From the NCBI GenBank assembly GCA_035714745.1, contig DASTLR010000014.1:30861-94860 (forward strand): a stretch of 64,000 nucleotides of DNA, in the 5' to 3' direction. Source of the stretch: Minisyncoccota bacterium (GTDB lineage Bacteria; Patescibacteriota; Minisyncoccia; Phycocordibacterales; UBA6065). The position numbers and the translations under genes are program-made. Under the pieces are notes generated by a model. The model searched no databases, was not told the DNA's origin, and was given only the letters and a program-made list of their open reading frames with translations. Positions 50,874 through 60,013 of the stretch are shown here, one piece after another. Position 1 is the first letter of the stretch. The number at the start of each line of letters is the position of its first letter.

Positions 50874-51428
50874 CGGCGGCACGTCCGCATATCTCGGATT
50901 CCTGACGAATTCAGGCTTGCCGTCCTTTTCAATGACGTAATAGGCCGCGCCGCGGAGGCTTTTGAACGGCCGGTAGTCCGCATGGCCGGGGGAGCCCGCG
51001 GGGTCCTTCTCGGAAAAATCGACCGGGCTGTCGTCCTCGGTGACGAGCCATGTTCTGCCGGTATTCACGGCCAGGTGCCCCGCGCCAGAAGGGATGAAGA
51101 CCGAGTCGCCGGCCTTGACCCTGACGGCTTTGAAAGAACCTATCTCGGCGTCGATAGGAGAGCCGTCGGCGCCGGTCTTCCTGACCTGCATGAGGATGTA
51201 GCCCTCGCCGGCCAGGATCCTGTAGGTCTCGTCGAGACGGCCGACGTGATAATGCCCGTAGGACTTTACATATTCGCCGCCGACCGTGCCCGGTTCCCAG
51301 ACCGTGACGTTGCCCTTGGAGCTGCCGCCACGGATCATGTAGTAATGCGCGGCCGGTCCGTCTGCTGACGGATCCATGAGGACGTCTTTCATCTGCTCGT
51401 GGGAGCGGACGGCGAGCGGCTTTTCCAT
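50856..51428 (-). CDS. pgi: cupin-type (archaeal-type) glucose-6-phosphate isomerase
   Basis: SYGHYHVGRLDETYRILAGEGYILMQ matches the cupin PGI metal-binding motif (GHxH...E). ATG at 51428 (MEKPLAV). Confidence 0.65.
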   Translation of the reverse strand: MEKPLAVRSHEQMKDVLMDPSADGPAAHYYMIRGGSSKGNVTVWEPGTVGGEYVKSYGHYHVGRLDETYRILAGEGYILMQVRKTGADGSPIDAEIGSFKAVRVKAGDSVFIPSGAGHLAVNTGRTWLVTEDDSPVDFSEKDPAGSPGHADYRPFKSLRGAAYYVIEKDGKPEFVRNPRYADVPPLEHQV

Positions 51429-51451
51429 GAATCGATTATACCATCGAATTG

Positions 51452-51524
51452 TGGACCCTACAGGACTCGAACCTGCCACCCCCTCATTGCAAATGAGGTG
51501 CTCTACCAGATGAGCTAAGGGCCC
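51452..51524 (-). tRNA. tRNA-Ala (anticodon UGC)
   Basis: Cloverleaf built by hand. Acceptor GGGCCCU/AGGGUCC with G3:U70, anticodon loop UUUGCAA, T-loop UUCGAGU, discriminator A. CCA not encoded. Confidence 0.85.
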
Positions 51525-51592
51525 GTCATGCGCCGCATTGGCGGTCGTGCGGAGACCGAGACAATATAGCGTAAAAGCCGTAAACTATCAAT

Positions 51593-52168
51593 ATGGATCC
51601 GGTCATCATCGCCCACCTCTCATACTTCGCCCTCTTTGTTATTATGGTCGTCGAGGGGCCGGTCGTCACCTCGGCGGCGGCCTTTGCCGTCCATCTAGGA
51701 TATTTTACCCTGCCGGCCATCTTCCTTTTGTCTGTAGCGGGTGACCTGGTCGGGGATTTCATCTACTATGGCTTGGGCTGGGCGTCGCGCTCGGCCTTGA
51801 TCGACCGGCACGGCCACAGGTTCGGTCTCGACCATGACAAGCTGGGCCGCTTCGACCGCGCTTTTCACAGGCACAAGATCAAGTCCCTAGTCATCGCCAA
51901 GCTCGCCCCGGCCATTCCCGGTCCCGTGCTGATCGCCGCCGGAGCCCTGCGCATGTCGCTTTGGACGCTGGTCTGGATCTCGCTCGTCTTGGCGGTGCCG
52001 AAATACCTCTTCTTTATGGTCTTGGGCTATTGGTTCGGCGACCTGTATGTGACTTTTTTCCAGTATTACGATATCGTCGGGTGGATACTGGCGGCGGCCT
52101 TGATCATAGGGTCGTATTGGATCTACAAGAAGGCGCTGAAGGCCGTCTTGAGCGAAGCGGAGGAATAG
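51593..52168 (+). CDS. DedA-family (VTT domain) membrane protein
   Basis: VVEGPVVTSAAAFAVHLGY...GDLVGDFIYYGLG matches DedA. Confidence 0.75.
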   Translation: MDPVIIAHLSYFALFVIMVVEGPVVTSAAAFAVHLGYFTLPAIFLLSVAGDLVGDFIYYGLGWASRSALIDRHGHRFGLDHDKLGRFDRAFHRHKIKSLVIAKLAPAIPGPVLIAAGALRMSLWTLVWISLVLAVPKYLFFMVLGYWFGDLYVTFFQYYDIVGWILAAALIIGSYWIYKKALKAVLSEAEE

Positions 52169-52175
52169 CACAAGC

Positions 52176-54095
52176 ATGAGGATACTCTTTTATTCGGACA
52201 ACTTCTATCCCGAGACGAGCGGCGTCTCGGACTCGATCATCGCGGCGGCCCGAGGCCTCAAGGCCCGAGGGCACACGGTGGGCTTTGCGGCCCCTCGATA
52301 TTCCGAGGCAAACTACCGTTCGGTGGGCAGGGAGGCTGGCGAGCCCCTGGAGGCAGAGGGCTTCGAGGTGTTCCGCCTGCCGTCCCTGCCGTTCGCCGGT
52401 TCCGCGTCAGGCCAGGCCAGGAACGTCGTCCCTTTGGGAAGGAGCAAAGGCTTCGTCCGCCGCTTCAAGCCTGACGTCATCCATAGCCAGACGCCTTTCG
52501 GCACGGGGTTGGAGGCTCTCTGGGTCTCGCGGTCCTGCGGCATCCCTCTGGTGGGCACGAACCACACCCACATCCGCGAATTCATCAGGATCTACGGTCC
52601 CGTCAGGGCGCGCTGGTTCGAGCGCCTCGTGCAAAGGTACTTCTCCTGGTATTACAACCGCTGCGCCTTCGTCTCGGCGGTGGCGGACAAGCTTCTGGTC
52701 GAGATGAGGGAGCATGGCTTTGCGCGCTCGGCAGAGGTGGTGCCGAATCCGCTCTCGCTCGCGGTCTTCGTCCCTCCCGCGCCGGGCGAACGTTTGGCGC
52801 TCAGGGAGCGCTTCGGCTTGCCGGCCCAAGGACCCGTAACGCTCTACGCGGGCCGCATCGCCGCCGAGAAGCGCCTGGATGCCGCTCTGCGCGGCTTCAG
52901 CGAGTTCGCCGCGGGGCGTCCGGAGGCTCGCTTCGTCATCGCAGGGAACGGGCCGACGGAAGGCGAGACGCGCGCCCTGGCCGCGGATCTGGGCATCGGC
53001 GACAAGGTCGTCTGGACCGGCTTCCTCGACCACGCCGCGCTGTCCCTGTGGTACAAAGCGGCCGACGCCTTCATCGTCATGTGCCCGATCGAGACGCAGT
53101 GCCTGGCCCTGATGCAGGCCTTTGCCGCGGGCCTGCCCTCTGTCGGCGTCGATGCCGGAGCGGTGGGCATCCATATCCAGGACGGTCGGGGCAGGAAGGT
53201 GCTCGACGGGGACCATCGGGCCGTGGCTGGGGCTTTGCAGGAGATCGCCGCTCTCTCGCCGGCGGAGCGCGCAGCCATGGGAGAGAAAGCGCGCGCCTAT
53301 GTCGGGCGCTTCTCCCAGGAAGCCATAGCCGAGCGCTGGGAGGGGATTTACCAGAGCCTCGTGCAGCCAAAGATATCCATCGTCATTCCCGCGCATAACG
53401 AAGAAGAGTCGTTGCCCGCTACTCTGGCCGCCGCTCTGGCCCAGGAGTATCCCGACTACGAGGTCATCGTCGTCGATAACGCCTCGTCTGACCGGACGAC
53501 GGAAGTCGCTCTCGCTCATGCGCTATCCTCGCCGCGGGGCGGGCGGGTGAGGGTCGTCCGGGAGGACCGCAAGGGCCTGCTCCACGCGCGCGAGCGCGGC
53601 CGTCTGGAGGCTACGGGCGAGGTCATCGTCAACATGGACGCGGATTGCTTGCCTGACGCGGGGTGGCTGGCCCGCGGCGCCGCGCACTTCGCGGATTCCC
53701 GGGTCGTTGCCGCCGCGGGCCCGTACTATTACCATGACGGCGACGCCGTCTTTCGCGCCTTCTCGTATGCGGCGCAGAAGCACGTCTATCGAGCGGCTAA
53801 TCTCGCAGCACAGGCCCTGGGCGTCGGGGCGGTGCTCATCGGCGGCAATAGCTTCATCCGGGCCGAAGCCCTGCGCAAGGCCGGCGGCTACAACGTGGCC
53901 CTGGCCTTCTACGGAGAGGACACCGACACCGCCAAGCGCGTCTCTCGTCACGGCCGCGTGGTCTTCGACCCCAAGCTCCGCCAGAACACCTCGGCCCGCC
54001 GCTTCAAGGCCGAAGGCACGCTCAGGATCAGCGTCCTCTACCTTTTTCATTTTTTTAAGGTACTCTATACAGGCGGAAAAACCTCTCGCCAGTAA
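52176..54095 (+). CDS. bifunctional glycosyltransferase: N-terminal GT4 + C-terminal GT2
   Basis: N-terminal MRILFYSDNFYPETSGVS and the E-x7-E region are GT4 features. C-terminal ISIVIPAHNEEESL...VIVVDNASSDRT...DADC is GT2 (DxD). Confidence 0.75.
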   Translation: MRILFYSDNFYPETSGVSDSIIAAARGLKARGHTVGFAAPRYSEANYRSVGREAGEPLEAEGFEVFRLPSLPFAGSASGQARNVVPLGRSKGFVRRFKPDVIHSQTPFGTGLEALWVSRSCGIPLVGTNHTHIREFIRIYGPVRARWFERLVQRYFSWYYNRCAFVSAVADKLLVEMREHGFARSAEVVPNPLSLAVFVPPAPGERLALRERFGLPAQGPVTLYAGRIAAEKRLDAALRGFSEFAAGRPEARFVIAGNGPTEGETRALAADLGIGDKVVWTGFLDHAALSLWYKAADAFIVMCPIETQCLALMQAFAAGLPSVGVDAGAVGIHIQDGRGRKVLDGDHRAVAGALQEIAALSPAERAAMGEKARAYVGRFSQEAIAERWEGIYQSLVQPKISIVIPAHNEEESLPATLAAALAQEYPDYEVIVVDNASSDRTTEVALAHALSSPRGGRVRVVREDRKGLLHARERGRLEATGEVIVNMDADCLPDAGWLARGAAHFADSRVVAAAGPYYYHDGDAVFRAFSYAAQKHVYRAANLAAQALGVGAVLIGGNSFIRAEALRKAGGYNVALAFYGEDTDTAKRVSRHGRVVFDPKLRQNTSARRFKAEGTLRISVLYLFHFFKVLYTGGKTSRQ

Positions 54096-54100
54096 CGCAC

Positions 54101-54730
54101 TTGCGCATGTTCTCACAATTCAGGGATCGGGATTATAGGAAAGCTTTCATCTGGTCATGGGTCATGCTCATCGCCAGCCTTTTCATCAACTATTTCGCCG
54201 GCACCTATGCCACGGCCAAGGCCAGCAACCCCGTCACCGACCTCATCCTGGACAATATCCCGCTCTTCGACGTCGACGGCATCTTTATCTGGGGCTCCTT
54301 CGTCATCCTGGCCTGCATCGTCCTGGCCTGTCTGAGCCGCCCGCGCCGCATCCCGTTCGCCCTGAAATCGATCGCCCTCTTCGTCGTCATCCGCTCGATC
54401 TTCATCAGCCTGACGCATCTGGCGCCCTTTTCTAGCCAGGTCGTGATAGACCCGGTGAAATTCGCCAGCTATTTCATGTTCGGCGGCGACCTCTTCTTCT
54501 CCGGGCACACCGGCCTGCCGTTCCTCATCGCTTTGATCTTTTGGGACGATAGATTCATGAGGCGGGCCTTCATCGTTCTCTCGGCGACCTTCGGCACGGT
54601 TGCGCTCATGGGGCATTTGCATTATTCTATCGACGTGTTCGCGGCTTTCTTCATCACTTATGCCATCTACGGAATCGCGGAGCAGGTCTTCAGGAAGGAC
54701 TGGCAGAGGGGGAGGGAGGAGATAGGATAA
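54101..54730 (+). CDS. PAP2-superfamily membrane protein
   Basis: SGHTG ... HYSIDV motifs (PAP2 motifs 2 and 3) in a 6-TM protein. Confidence 0.55.
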   Translation: MRMFSQFRDRDYRKAFIWSWVMLIASLFINYFAGTYATAKASNPVTDLILDNIPLFDVDGIFIWGSFVILACIVLACLSRPRRIPFALKSIALFVVIRSIFISLTHLAPFSSQVVIDPVKFASYFMFGGDLFFSGHTGLPFLIALIFWDDRFMRRAFIVLSATFGTVALMGHLHYSIDVFAAFFITYAIYGIAEQVFRKDWQRGREEIG

Positions 54731-54741
54731 GATAAAAGAAA

Positions 54742-54812
54742 GGGCCCATAGTTCAGTGGTAGAACGCGTCCATGGCATGGACGAGGTCGGAGTTCGATTC
54801 TCCGTGGGTCCA
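54742..54812 (+). tRNA. tRNA-Ala (anticodon GGC)
   Basis: Acceptor GGGCCCA/UGGGUCC with G3:U70, anticodon loop AUGGCAU, T-loop UUCGAUU, discriminator A. Confidence 0.85.
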
Positions 54813-54836
54813 CAATCGTTTGGCGGGGGATGCCTC

Positions 54837-54865
54837 TTGTAGTGAACTCCAGTTCACCATATACT
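54837..54865 (+). promoter_or_regulatory. SOS promoter with Cheo-type LexA box (GTGAAC-tcca-GTTCAC) between -35 TTGTAG and -10 TATACT
   Basis: Perfect GAAC-N4-GTTC palindrome at 54843..54858 inside a 17-nt spacer. ATG at 54872 lies 6 nt after the -10. Confidence 0.65.
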
Positions 54866-54871
54866 TATCCC

Positions 54872-55174
54872 ATGGGATTTCGAACGGAAGAGGAGGAGGG
54901 CGCTCTGGAGGGCATGTCGCTCGACGAGTATCTGGTGAAGAATCGGGAAGCGACGTTCATGCTGCGGATGCGCGGGAACGGCATGCGGGAAGCGGCGATC
55001 GCCGACGGCGACCTGCTGGTGGTCGACAGGTCTCGCGAGCCGCAGCCGCACGACATCGTCGTCGCCGTCATCGACGGTGCTTTTTGTGCGAGATACATGC
55101 GCGACCTGCAGCGGTCCGACCTTGGCGATGTCCGCGTCGAAGCCGTCGTCATCGCCGTCATCCGCAGGCTCTGA
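54872..55174 (+). CDS. umuD: UmuD-like S24 peptidase-domain protein (no N-terminal HTH)
   Basis: FMLRMRGNGMREAAIADGDLLVVDRS matches the LexA/UmuD S24 Ser-Lys dyad region; 101 aa. Confidence 0.65.
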   Translation: MGFRTEEEEGALEGMSLDEYLVKNREATFMLRMRGNGMREAAIADGDLLVVDRSREPQPHDIVVAVIDGAFCARYMRDLQRSDLGDVRVEAVVIAVIRRL

Positions 55175-55188
55175 TTCCTAGATTCCAA

Positions 55189-55207
55189 ATTCTAACTTCT
55201 AAATTCT
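55189..55207 (+). repeat. intercistronic motif ATTCTAACTTCTAAATTCT, copy 2 (umuD-umuC junction)
   Basis: Matches 20332..20356 upstream of rpoC. Confidence 0.5.
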
Positions 55208-55213
55208 TTCTTC

Positions 55214-56422
55214 ATGCCCTACATCATGCATCTGGACGGCGACGCCTTCTTCGTCTCGGTCGAGATGGCCAAGGACCCGTCCCTGCGCGGCCGGCCGGTG
55301 GTCACGGGGCAGGAGCGGGGCATCGCTTCAGCTTTGTCGTACGAGGCCAAGGCTCTGGGCATCACCCGGGCCATGCCTGTCTTCCAGATTCGGCGGGAGT
55401 TTCCGCAGGTGGCCGTGGTCTCGTCCGACTACGAGGCCTACGCGGTCTTTTCTCGGCGCATGATGAACATCGTCCGCCGCTATACGGACGTCGTCGAGGA
55501 ATACTCCATCGACGAGTGCTTCGCCGAATTTCCTGGCGACCCAGGCCGCCAGACTCTCCAGGAGATCAAATCAGCCATCCGCAGGGAGCTGGGAATCTCG
55601 GTCTCGCTCGGCCTGGGCCCGACCAAGGTCCTGGCCAAGACCGCTTCGAAAAGGAACAAGCCTGACGGCCTGACCATCTTGGCGCCCGGAGAGATCCCTG
55701 CCATCCTGGCTTCCACGCCGGTGGACAAGGTCTGGGGCATCGGCTCGGCCACGGCTTTTGCCCTGCGAAAAAAGGGCGTTAAGACCGCCTATGAGCTGGC
55801 CCAGAAGCCCTTGGCCTGGGTCGAGGAGCATTTTTCAAAGCCCGTGGCCGAGATGTGGCATGAGCTGCGCGGAGTCTCGGTCCATGGCGTCAACGGAGGC
55901 CTCCCTGAGGCCCAGAAATCGATCATGAAGACGCGGACCTTCGTCCCAGCCTCGCGCGACAGGTCCTATGTCTTTTCCCAGCTCTCCAAGAACGTCGAGA
56001 ACGCCTGTCGCAAGGCTCGCGAGCTGGGCTTGGCGGCCTGCGAGCTCTCTGTCTATCTCAAGACCCGCGATTTCTCGTACGCGAGCGGCTCCTGCCGCTT
56101 CGTCATGCCGACCGACAGCCCGTTCGAGGCCATCGAGCAGGCCCGAGCCATCTACGACTCTATCTTTGACCCGCAGGCTCTCTATCGGGCCACCGGCGTG
56201 ACGCTCTTGGGGCTGATGCCGGCCCTAGCCCGCCAGTACGACCTCTTTGGCCAGACAGAGGAGAAGAGGGAAGGCTCAGCGGTCTTTTCGGCTGTCGACC
56301 GGCTGAACAGGAAATACGGCAAGAGCGTCGTCCACATAGCCACGAGCTCGCGCGCCCTGGTGCCCGAGGAGCGCGGGGAGGGCAGGAAGCTCGCCATTCC
56401 GTTCCTGGGCGAGGCCCGCTAG
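55214..56422 (+). CDS. umuC: Y-family translesion DNA polymerase (UmuC-like)
   Basis: HLDGDAFFVSVE...YEAYAVFSRRMMNIVRRYTDVVEEYSIDECFAEF matches the UmuC/DinB palm. Confidence 0.85.
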   Translation: MPYIMHLDGDAFFVSVEMAKDPSLRGRPVVTGQERGIASALSYEAKALGITRAMPVFQIRREFPQVAVVSSDYEAYAVFSRRMMNIVRRYTDVVEEYSIDECFAEFPGDPGRQTLQEIKSAIRRELGISVSLGLGPTKVLAKTASKRNKPDGLTILAPGEIPAILASTPVDKVWGIGSATAFALRKKGVKTAYELAQKPLAWVEEHFSKPVAEMWHELRGVSVHGVNGGLPEAQKSIMKTRTFVPASRDRSYVFSQLSKNVENACRKARELGLAACELSVYLKTRDFSYASGSCRFVMPTDSPFEAIEQARAIYDSIFDPQALYRATGVTLLGLMPALARQYDLFGQTEEKREGSAVFSAVDRLNRKYGKSVVHIATSSRALVPEERGEGRKLAIPFLGEAR

Positions 56423-56501
56423 CTTGTCCACACCGGGGCTTTACAAAAAACGATGCCAGGCGTAATGTGATGAACGGCATCGAAACCCCTTCAATACCCT
56501 T

Positions 56502-56759
56502 ATGTTGAGCCTCGTGCTTATCGCGGCGCTCAGCATGAGGCCGCACGTTCTTTTTAGAATTTCCTGGGAAGACCATCCTCCCCGGGACGTCCCGACGATC
56601 GAGAGCGTCTGCGCGCTCTCGGACGACGAGCCGTTAGTCAAACCCTTCGAGCCGTTGGCCCCTGCACACGCAGCGCCACGCGGCCCGAAGATCGCGACCT
56701 ACACGGGAAAGCGCCTCGCGCGCTATCCCCACGATTGGCTGGCTCCGCCCGCCGATTAA
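56502..56759 (+). CDS. hypothetical small protein
   Basis: 85-aa ORF ending immediately before the hairpin GCTTTGC-CTCG-GCAAAGC at 56765..56782. Confidence 0.3.
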   Translation: MLSLVLIAALSMRPHVLFRISWEDHPPRDVPTIESVCALSDDEPLVKPFEPLAPAHAAPRGPKIATYTGKRLARYPHDWLAPPAD

Positions 56760-56878
56760 CGGGCTTTGCCTCGGCAAAGCTTCTGGAGTACAGACAGTCA
56801 AACACACGCGCGCCCGTAATATGGCGCGCGGTTTCATTTGTCAGGTTTTTCGGTATACTCACAGCAGACTTTCAGGCT

Positions 56879-57418
56879 ATGAAGAACCTCACATATCTGT
56901 CAGCGTTCCTCGCGCTTGCGGTGCAAGCGCTGTTGGCGGCAGACCAAGGGATCATGCGCAAGCTCGAACCCTGGGCGTCGTATGACAAATCCAAGCTCAT
57001 GTTCTCCGTCCCGGCGCGGTCGATCCCCGAAGTCTCGTATTCGACCGAGCGGAGCATGCAGAGCCGATTCGCCGTCCGGCACAGCGACGCGCGCGTCGAG
57101 GCCGTCGTTCCCGTCCAGGACTTCGAGAGCAGGGTCGATTCCTCGCCCTTCATCGATTTCTCGTTGCGCGCTTCCGAGCTGAAAAAGCTCAAGAACGGCA
57201 TCGAGATACCGGGCCTGGGCACCGTGTATTCCGAGGCGGGCGCCCGCTGGAGGGTGGACAAGGACGATCCGAACCTGACCCGGGCCATCGGAACCTACCA
57301 CGGCGGCGCGACCTGGAAGCAGAGCTACCAGTGGAAGGACGAGGATGACCTCTATCGAAAGGGTATCCTTGAGCCCTTCAAGCGCCTGGCCCTACGGATC
57401 GCCTCCTGGTTCGATTAG
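56879..57418 (+). CDS. hypothetical secreted protein (signal peptide)
   Basis: MKNLTYLSAFLALAVQALLAA signal. TTTCAT-16-TATACT promoter-like upstream. ORF extends from 56735. Confidence 0.5.
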   Translation: MKNLTYLSAFLALAVQALLAADQGIMRKLEPWASYDKSKLMFSVPARSIPEVSYSTERSMQSRFAVRHSDARVEAVVPVQDFESRVDSSPFIDFSLRASELKKLKNGIEIPGLGTVYSEAGARWRVDKDDPNLTRAIGTYHGGATWKQSYQWKDEDDLYRKGILEPFKRLALRIASWFD

Positions 57419-57487
57419 CGGCGCTCTCGCGCTTTGGCCCCTATCAGCCCCGACTCGTCGTCGAGGCTTTTCTTTGGCCTGGTCTGC

Positions 57488-57493
57488 TATACT
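57488..57493 (+). promoter_or_regulatory. TATACT -10 hexamer, 9 nt upstream of the zwf ATG
   Basis: Same hexamer as other leaderless starts in the window. Confidence 0.4.
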
Positions 57494-57502
57494 TCCTGAG
57501 TC

Positions 57503-58771
57503 ATGAGGAAAGAAGCGAAAGGCACCGGGACAGCCCTGACGTTCGCACTCTTTGGGGCGACGGGAGACTTGGCCGCGCAAAAGATCTTTCCCGCCCTGGA
57601 GGGCCTCTTTCTGGAAGGCGCCCTGGGAGCGGAGCCGCGCATCGTGGCCATCGGCAGGCGAGATTGGGACGATGCGGCTTTCGCCACGTTCCTGCGGGAA
57701 TCGTCGAAGGTGTCGTCAGGGGCATTCCTGAGCCGCGTCTCGTACGCTTTCGTCGATATCGAGGCGGGAAAAGGCTTCAAGGAGCTAGCTGCGGCTATCG
57801 GTCCTGGCGACGCCGTCTTCTATTCATCTCTCGCTCCGGCGCTCCATGGACCTGCTATCAAGGGCCTGAGGGACGCCGGGCTGCTGCGCCGGGGCTCGGG
57901 CGGCGGCAGGGTCATGGTCGAGAAGCCGTTCGGCACCGATTATCAGAGCGCCTGCGAGCTGGACCGCTTCCTCGCCTCGTTCCTCGACGAAGGCCAGATC
58001 TACCGCGTCGACCACTATCTGGGCAAGGAAACCGTCAGGGCCGTCATGGATGTTCACGAAGGCACCGCGCATTGGGGCAGGCTCATGACGTCCGAAAGCG
58101 TCAAAGAGATCAAGGTCAGGATGTACGAGGAGAGAGGCGTCGAAGGACGGGGCGCTTCGTACGACGGCGTGGGCGCCTTTCGCGACGTGGGGCAGAACCA
58201 TATGCTCGAGATGCTCGCCGCGATAGCCGCCGACTATACCGGCGACTGGCAGTCCGACCGCGCCCTGGCCCTCCGACACCTGGAGCCGCCGGCAAAGACC
58301 TGCGAGCTCTCCCGGCGGGGCCAGTACCAGGGATATCATGCCGAAAAGGGCGTGCGGCCGGGCTCGACGACCGAGACCGCCTTCGAGGTGGTGGCTACCT
58401 TCGCTTCGGGCAAACTGAAGGGCGTGCCGCTCGTCCTGGAGGCGGGCAAGAAGATGGGCGCTTCGGAAGCCTTTATCGAGGTCTTCTTCCAGGATATATC
58501 CGGCTTGCCGCAGGGCATGCGCTTCTCCGTCCAGCCCGAGCAAGAGGTGGCCTTGACCGCTCGGGACGGGTCGGTCGAGCGGTACGCGATACCCCGCCGC
58601 CGCGACGCCTACGGCAACGTCATCCTGGCCGCCCTGCGCGGCGAGAGGCGCTCCTTCGTCGGCCGCCAGGAGATCGAGGCTCTCTGGAGCTATGCCGACC
58701 ACGTCGTGGCCTGCTGGGGCAAGGTGCCGCTGGAAATCTATGGAAAAGACAGGCCGTTCCTGCTAGACTAA
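57503..58771 (+). CDS. zwf: glucose-6-phosphate dehydrogenase (compact, 422 aa)
   Basis: FALFGATGDLAAQKIFPAL NADP-binding motif and RVDHYLGKE active-site motif. Confidence 0.85.
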   Translation: MRKEAKGTGTALTFALFGATGDLAAQKIFPALEGLFLEGALGAEPRIVAIGRRDWDDAAFATFLRESSKVSSGAFLSRVSYAFVDIEAGKGFKELAAAIGPGDAVFYSSLAPALHGPAIKGLRDAGLLRRGSGGGRVMVEKPFGTDYQSACELDRFLASFLDEGQIYRVDHYLGKETVRAVMDVHEGTAHWGRLMTSESVKEIKVRMYEERGVEGRGASYDGVGAFRDVGQNHMLEMLAAIAADYTGDWQSDRALALRHLEPPAKTCELSRRGQYQGYHAEKGVRPGSTTETAFEVVATFASGKLKGVPLVLEAGKKMGASEAFIEVFFQDISGLPQGMRFSVQPEQEVALTARDGSVERYAIPRRRDAYGNVILAALRGERRSFVGRQEIEALWSYADHVVACWGKVPLEIYGKDRPFLLD

Positions 58772-58810
58772 CCCACGACTTACAACCGACGACTAACAAC
58801 CGACAACGAT

Positions 58811-59038
58811 ATGCTGAAGAAATTCTTGATGAAGCAGGCCATGAAGGCCCAGCTAAAGGACATCCCTCAGGATCAGCAGGACATGCTCATCGACATGGTG
58901 GAGAAGAACCCGGCGTTCTTCGAGAACCTGGCCAAGGAGATGAAGGAGGGCGTCGACGCGGGCCGTGACCAGCAGGCCGTGATGATGGAGCTGATGGGCA
59001 AGTACCGCGACGACATCGGAAGGATGATCGGCAAATAG
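58811..59038 (+). CDS. hypothetical small protein
   Basis: 75-aa ORF, helical. Confidence 0.35.
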   Translation: MLKKFLMKQAMKAQLKDIPQDQQDMLIDMVEKNPAFFENLAKEMKEGVDAGRDQQAVMMELMGKYRDDIGRMIGK

Positions 59039-59041
59039 CAC

Positions 59042-59629
59042 ATGGCCCAGACCAAGAAGATATTCATATTCGTCGGCAATCCTGACGGCGACTCGCTGTC
59101 GTCGGCCTTGGCGGACGCGTACGCCCACGGCGCCCAGTCGGCCGGCCACGAAGTGCGCCTGACCCGCATCGGCGAGATGAAGTTCGACCCCATCCTCCAC
59201 AAGGGCTACAAGGTCATCCAGCCCTATGAGCCCGACCTGTCAAAGTTCCAGGAGGACGTCAGGTGGTGTGAGCATTTCGTCTCGGTCTTTCCCGTCTGGT
59301 GGTCGGACATGCCGGCCCTGATGAAGGGTTTGGTCGACCGCGTCTGGATGCCCGGCTTCGGCTTCCGCTTCAGGAAGGGCAGGATCCCCGGCTGGTACCG
59401 CCTCCTGCGCGGCAGGAGCGCCCGGGTCATAACCACGTCCGACACGCATCCGTTCCTCCTCTGGATCCTCTTCGGCGGCAACATCAACAACTGGGTCCGC
59501 GGCGTCCTGCGCTTTTCCGGCTTTGCCCCTGTGCGCAAGACCTGGTTCTCGGGCATGCGCGGCTTGAAGCCTGAGCGAGCGAAAGAGCTGCTCGCCCGCG
59601 TCGAGAAGCTCGGCAGGAAGGGGAAATAA
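59042..59629 (+). CDS. flavodoxin-like fold NAD(P)H-dependent oxidoreductase (NQO/MdaB-like)
   Basis: KKIFIFVGNPDGDSLSSALADAY...HFVSVFPVWWSDMPALMKGLVDRV matches the Flavodoxin_2 family. Confidence 0.65.
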   Translation: MAQTKKIFIFVGNPDGDSLSSALADAYAHGAQSAGHEVRLTRIGEMKFDPILHKGYKVIQPYEPDLSKFQEDVRWCEHFVSVFPVWWSDMPALMKGLVDRVWMPGFGFRFRKGRIPGWYRLLRGRSARVITTSDTHPFLLWILFGGNINNWVRGVLRFSGFAPVRKTWFSGMRGLKPERAKELLARVEKLGRKGK

Positions 59630-59835
59630 TGGCAAAGATGACTCTCGAAAGATTGGCAGAGATGACGATGAACGGCTTCCGGCGTTTGGAAGAGGCTTTA
59701 CGTACGGATCTTGACTTCAAGATAAAAAAGCTTGATGAGAAGTTAGATCGTCGCTTCGACGAGCTCTCGCTGCGCATGGACGGCCTGGCTCTCGACAAGG
59801 CATCATGGAAGGACCACATCGAGCTTTCTAAATAG
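59629..59835 (+). CDS. hypothetical small coiled-coil protein
   Basis: 68-aa ORF; start overlaps the upstream stop (TAATG). Confidence 0.35.
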   Translation: MAKMTLERLAEMTMNGFRRLEEALRTDLDFKIKKLDEKLDRRFDELSLRMDGLALDKASWKDHIELSK

Positions 59836-59996
59836 GTCGACAGATTAGAGGAAAAAGCGCTAAGCATATAAAAGCCGCCTACGCGATGCTCGAAAGGTCG
59901 GAGGAATGAGCATGGCGAAGGAGCTGCCGACTTTATATAGCTAGCACCGCACGGTCCCTGTCAACGAACGGCAGTCTTTGAAAATACGCCCTAAAA

Positions 59997-60005
59997 TGGT
60001 ATGGT
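59997..60005 (+). promoter_or_regulatory. extended -10 TGgTATGGT, 8 nt upstream of the ychF ATG
   Basis: Leaderless arrangement. Confidence 0.4.
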
Positions 60006-60013
60006 GATGGCCT

